Made by a program: the position numbers and the translations under genes. From the IMG/VR virus record IMGVR_UViG_3300019376_000001: DNA of 10,584 bases. One strand, written 5' to 3'. Positions 6,989 through 10,584 of this stretch are shown here, in pieces (position 1 is the first letter of the stretch; every line of letters starts with the position of its first letter). The stretch comes from a virus (Duplodnaviria > Heunggongvirae > Uroviricota > Caudoviricetes). A model generated the notes under the pieces. The model searched no databases, was not told the origin of the DNA, and worked only from the letters and a program-made list of their open reading frames with translations.

Positions 6989-8740
6989 TTAGAAATAATA
7001 GGCTGTCCTTCCTACAATTTCATAGTCTTCAATAATTATCTGCGGTTTGTCGTCCCATCCACTGTTTCTTGAACAGCGGCCAACGACGTTAATGGTAACA
7101 CAACCTAACTCTGAATACAAACTTTCATATTCTTCATTAGACGACCTGAACTTAACTAAACTAATACCTTCATCCGAAGGTAAGGCTATCTTCAGAGTTG
7201 AACCGAACAAATTGAGGTTACTTGCGCTGACTTTTACATCAGTAATAACAACAATTGGCTCTTCCACTCCTTGGCCCCAAATATGCCCCAGGTCAGCAAG
7301 TTTCAGAATTTCTGAACCGTGAACCATATCTGCAAAATAAATCACATCAGGAGAATATTTTGGGGAGAAGTCTACATCTTTTAGTTTTTCATTTGCATAT
7401 GCGATGAAATCTGCAAAGTATTCATCACGAATAGATACACCAAAAGCATTATCATGCCCTTCTGCAAATTCAAAATAACCAGATTCATTTAAGAATTCTT
7501 GGAAATTAGTCAAGTCTGTACCATTAGCGTTTCGGCCGGAGCCGTCCCATGTAACATAGACATTATCTGGGTCTTCATCGTGGACAGTTCGGTTTAGAAT
7601 GAGAACAGGGCGTTGGTACCTACCCATTATTTGGTTCGCAATCAAACCTGTGATGTTTCGGTTGGACTCATTTTTGCCTTCGAGTTTTACTGCTAAGACT
7701 TGATTCTCTAAAAGATTTTTCTCTTCAATTATGCGTTCAATTATCTCCAAGCTTGCGTCTCTTGCTTTATTCTGTCTGTTTCGAATGTTTGTGCAATTTC
7801 TGCAGGCTTGCTCGACTCTCGTTTCGAACTGACCCTTACAACCACGTTTAGTGGAAGGAATCTGTTCGTAGGCACGAAACTCAAGCATAGACTCAAATAA
7901 CATTAACTTCTCTTCTACAGTTCCGACACGAGTAATCGCATTCACACCAGGTGCGATGTAGAAGGAAATTCCATGTGGCGTTACGCGGTCCTTTAGCTGG
8001 AATGCTTGCTTTGTGACCATGCCACGCAGGAATGGATTTCGAATATTGGCTAAGCCAGTATCCACTAAGTATCTTGTTTCAAAATCTCTCAAATCCATAA
8101 CGTCAGCAAGGATACCAAGAGCAACTAAATCTAAATACTGGTCTGCATAATCAACATGAAGCAATGAATCCAAATAAGAACAAAACTTATACACCATACC
8201 TACACCAGATAATGACTTGGTAGGATAGTCGTCCATTTGGTTGTTAATTACGCAAGCGTATTCAGAATAGTGAGTTGTATTGTGGTGGTCAATAACCAAC
8301 ACATCCACCCCTCTTTCGTGAAGCTCTTTGTGAATTTCAAATTCATTTGAACTTGAGTCAGGAGCAATCACAAGCTTCACATCACTTGGCACTGTCTCCG
8401 GAATGATTCCGTGAGCCTTGTTTGTATGAGGTCTATAAAAGACATTATTCTGCACAAAACCTGGGAAAAGGCAATTCAGATAATTGATAAGAACTGCCGC
8501 AGATGTAAAACCATCACAGTCACTATCAATTTGAACTAAAACTTTATGGTTCTGTGCAATGTGAGAAACCAGCATCTTTGCGCCGGTCTCTATATTGGTA
8601 ATTGTAGCCGGGTCAATTACATCGGCTACCGAGGTATGCAAATAATGATTTACCTCTTCTGCGGGAATCCCGCGGTTGACAAACACCTGTTCGACCACTG
8701 ACATATGTGGGATGCGAGGTGCTCTTAGTTGAAAATTCAT
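6989..8740 (-). CDS. recJ: RecJ-like single-stranded DNA exonuclease (DHH/DHHA1)
   Basis: DHH-family motifs IDSDCDG, VIDHH, LSGVGMVYKF, LGILADVMDL, IAPGVNAITR, GSGR and GHDNAFG. SD AAAGGAGG at 8759-8752. Confidence 0.93.
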   Translation of the reverse strand: MNFQLRAPRIPHMSVVEQVFVNRGIPAEEVNHYLHTSVADVIDPATITNIETGAKMLVSHIAQNHKVLVQIDSDCDGFTSAAVLINYLNCLFPGFVQNNVFYRPHTNKAHGIIPETVPSDVKLVIAPDSSSNEFEIHKELHERGVDVLVIDHHNTTHYSEYACVINNQMDDYPTKSLSGVGMVYKFCSYLDSLLHVDYADQYLDLVALGILADVMDLRDFETRYLVDTGLANIRNPFLRGMVTKQAFQLKDRVTPHGISFYIAPGVNAITRVGTVEEKLMLFESMLEFRAYEQIPSTKRGCKGQFETRVEQACRNCTNIRNRQNKARDASLEIIERIIEEKNLLENQVLAVKLEGKNESNRNITGLIANQIMGRYQRPVLILNRTVHDEDPDNVYVTWDGSGRNANGTDLTNFQEFLNESGYFEFAEGHDNAFGVSIRDEYFADFIAYANEKLKDVDFSPKYSPDVIYFADMVHGSEILKLADLGHIWGQGVEEPIVVITDVKVSASNLNLFGSTLKIALPSDEGISLVKFRSSNEEYESLYSELGCVTINVVGRCSRNSGWDDKPQIIIEDYEIVGRTAYYF

Positions 8741-8819
8741 ATGAAAGTCAACCTCCTTTCATACGAATCACCAAAAATCTATGAATAATGTTCAAATTCA
8801 ATTAACCACCTTTCGCCTT

Positions 8820-9164
8820 TTAGAATGGAAGTGGTACTTCATCACTAATATGAAGATTACCCTCACCCCAAAGACGAATAGCCGCAAACGGAAAGTCGAA
8901 CATAGTTGGACTGATTATGGTTCGATATACATCATATGGAATATTGCGTTGGATGTAAGCTACATTACAACGCACTCCTCTGGAACAATCACTGGCTCTA
9001 CAAACTCGCCAGAAATCTCCATTGCCGAACTCTGCAGTAGAACCACTAATTGCAGAGATTTTCTTATGGCGTAATTCAATTCCATATCTTGTATAATTTT
9101 CGATTACTTTTTCGAGCATTTCATTACCTTCTGCGGCAGTCATGCTCCAAATCGCACCTTTCAT
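8820..9164 (-). CDS. hypothetical protein, 114 aa
   Basis: ATGA overlap with the primase stop (9161-9164) and SD AAGGAG within the primase 3' end. Contains FGNGD...RASDCSRGVRCNVAYI. Confidence 0.85.
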   Translation of the reverse strand: MKGAIWSMTAAEGNEMLEKVIENYTRYGIELRHKKISAISGSTAEFGNGDFWRVCRASDCSRGVRCNVAYIQRNIPYDVYRTIISPTMFDFPFAAIRLWGEGNLHISDEVPLPF

Positions 9165-10273
9165 AGCGTTACTCTCTCCTTAAATAATTTCAAAAACTTT
9201 TCAGGTCCTTCGTCTATTGGGCTTGCTTTATAACTTGTAATCATGTGTCTATCAAATATAAAAGACAAAGTTGCAAAGTTTTTATATTTCGCATGGAGTT
9301 TCTTGAAATTGGCTACAAGATGCTGATGTTCTTTATCCCCAATCTCTTGGAACTGTCTATCGAATGCTACTATAATTTCCTTTGCGCCAGCGTCAATCAG
9401 CATTTGAATCTGATACGCTGAGATATTACTACCACAACAAGCCACAGAAATGTCATTTTCAATTCCAAAATAAGATTGATACAACAAACAGCTTTTTTCT
9501 GATTCAAAGATAATGGCTTTACCCATTATTTTAATATTTTCTTTGCTGTTGTTCAAGTTGTATAAATTCATTCCTAATGGATGGTTGTAGAGTTCTTTGT
9601 TGATACGAATCGGTCTATATTTACCGAATCGCTCGCCTTCCTCTGCACATAAGGTACGGCCACGTAACCCGATAAACCTGCCATCTTTATCAAAATGAGG
9701 AATTGTGATTTGGTCACCACCAGGATAAAAGCCAATATAATTATGTCTAATTGCTTCTTGACTAATTCCCTCGCGCAACCAAGGCGCAATCTTCAAACTG
9801 TAATTCAAGCGTGTTAAGATAATTGGGTTGAATTCCTTAAGCGTCACATGATAGTCCTTAGTCTCTGTCGCTTGGATTCGGTCATAGTTTGTCAGATGCT
9901 TCCAGTCGTCCAACTGGTCTTCGTCTTGTACCTCGTATTTTGTGGACAATCCGAATCTATATGCGACCCAGCGTACTGCATCATTTAAGTCATATTCTTT
10001 ATTTCCCTGTATAGCAGCTACTTTACTGGTCAATTCGAAAATATCGAACGAGGTGCCGCAACCCGTATAACAAGCAAACAAATCTGTATTTTCATAGTAA
10101 TATAACTTTCTACTTCCTTCTCCTGGGAGATTATGACAGATAGTAGAAGAGAGGATACCAAAGTCTGTCCACTCTGGGTCTCCTCCCCATTCTTGAAGTA
10201 ATTCAAAAATGTTATCTACTGTCAAAGCCTCACGAATATCCGCTTTGGAATAGGGGAGGTTGTTGCTATTAAT
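9161..10273 (-). CDS. dnaG: DnaG-like DNA primase (zinc-binding domain + TOPRIM); start codon uncertain (ATT 10273 proposed, TTG 10225 in the ORF track)
   Basis: Zinc-ligand pattern TICHN...CYTGC, ITIPHFD...IGLRGR, TOPRIM IIFESEKS and IIVAFDRQ. The reading frame stays open upstream of the TTG to 10276 (stop TGA at 10279-10277). Confidence 0.88.
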   Translation of the reverse strand: MNSNNLPYSKADIREALTVDNIFELLQEWGGDPEWTDFGILSSTICHNLPGEGSRKLYYYENTDLFACYTGCGTSFDIFELTSKVAAIQGNKEYDLNDAVRWVAYRFGLSTKYEVQDEDQLDDWKHLTNYDRIQATETKDYHVTLKEFNPIILTRLNYSLKIAPWLREGISQEAIRHNYIGFYPGGDQITIPHFDKDGRFIGLRGRTLCAEEGERFGKYRPIRINKELYNHPLGMNLYNLNNSKENIKIMGKAIIFESEKSCLLYQSYFGIENDISVACCGSNISAYQIQMLIDAGAKEIIVAFDRQFQEIGDKEHQHLVANFKKLHAKYKNFATLSFIFDRHMITSYKASPIDEGPEKFLKLFKERVTL

Positions 10274-10287
10274 AAGTCAACACCCTA
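10251..10287 (-). promoter_or_regulatory. putative RNA hairpin enclosing the primase SD, a candidate AUU start and the upstream stop codon
   Basis: mRNA UAGGGUGUUG (10287-10278) is complementary to CAACA (10265-10261) plus CCCUA (10255-10251), or alternatively to CAACAACCU (8 of 9 pairs). Confidence 0.55.
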
Positions 10288-10584
10288 ATACATGTACCAA
10301 GCAGGCCGTACTGCTCAGTTACATACTCGCAAAGATACTGCTGAGGGTTCTTCTTTGCATCCTGGCCGCTACGATTCTTGAGGATATTTCTTGCACATTC
10401 AGCGGACATCTTATACTCATAAGCTCTGCCCTCTACCTTCATCACAGCCTGTGCTTTGCTCTGATTTACGTTGAAGTTCTTAGGAGTATTATCTCTCTTC
10501 TGATTCTTTCTCTGTCCGTTACCCTGAGCCTTAGCCTTAGGATTTCCATTCTTATTCTTATTAAAATTCTTTCTCTGTTCAGCC
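10269..10584 (-). CDS. hypothetical basic protein, 5'-partial (104 aa visible), N/K/Q-rich low-complexity region followed by a compact C-terminal domain
   Basis: Manual translation from 10583: AEQRKNFNKNKNGNPKAKAQGNGQRKNQKRDNTPKNFNVNQSKAQAVMKVEGRAYEYKMSAECARNILKNRSGQDAKKNPQQYLCEYVTEQYGLLGTCIRVLTY*, ending TAA at 10271-10269. Not in the ORF track as a full-length call because its start is outside the window. Confidence 0.85.
   Translation of the reverse strand, partial: AEQRKNFNKNKNGNPKAKAQGNGQRKNQKRDNTPKNFNVNQSKAQAVMKVEGRAYEYKMSAECARNILKNRSGQDAKKNPQQYLCEYVTEQYGLLGTCIRVLTY

Noticed and set aside
3751-9074. Plus-strand ORFs at 3751-4278, 5287-5679, 7047-7322 and 8781-9074
   Set aside because: They are antisense to well-supported minus-strand genes and have no independent expression signals.
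9574-9789. 71-aa minus-strand ORF
   Set aside because: It is an alternative frame inside the primase gene.
2599-10271. Stop-codon reassignment (no gene uses TAG as its primary stop)
   Set aside because: All genes are full length under code 11 with no internal TAG or TGA. TAA preference is expected in AT-rich DNA.
10269-10286. prfB-like +1 frameshift at AGGGTG...TAT TAA into the primase frame
   Set aside because: The frame relation is +1, but tRNA-Tyr cannot re-pair from UAU to AUU, and the SD spacing differs from prfB.
1-10584. CRISPR arrays, tRNA/rRNA genes, transposases or integrases
   Set aside because: No spaced direct repeats, cloverleaf-compatible gaps or mobile-element ORFs were seen. 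The window is almost fully protein coding.

Overview
Gene-dense, AT-rich (roughly 38-40% GC by eye) DNA replication module with every credible gene on the minus strand. It most likely comes from a large tailed phage infecting a Bacillota (Firmicutes)-type host; this is inferred from strong AGGAGG-type Shine-Dalgarno sites, consensus sigmaA promoters with an extended -10, tight gene packing and the dnaE/primase/recJ/dda gene mix. In transcription order (right to left): a partial basic low-complexity protein, a DnaG-like primase with an unusual start region, a 114-aa hypothetical, a RecJ-like DHH exonuclease, a signal-anchored phage-tail-lysozyme-domain protein and a terminator. A promoter then drives a stand-alone RelA/SpoT-type HD hydrolase, an acidic-tailed hypothetical, a Dda/RecD-like SF1B helicase, a UPF0489-like protein and a 61-aa ORF. 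A second, closely similar promoter drives a DnaE-type DNA polymerase III alpha. The polymerase (846 open codons, running off the left edge) is missing from the supplied ORF track and was translated by hand. The most unusual signals are (i) a primase 5' region with no good canonical start, where an SD and an AUU codon lie inside a hairpin together with the upstream stop codon, and (ii) about ten-fold enrichment of the palindrome CGGCCG.
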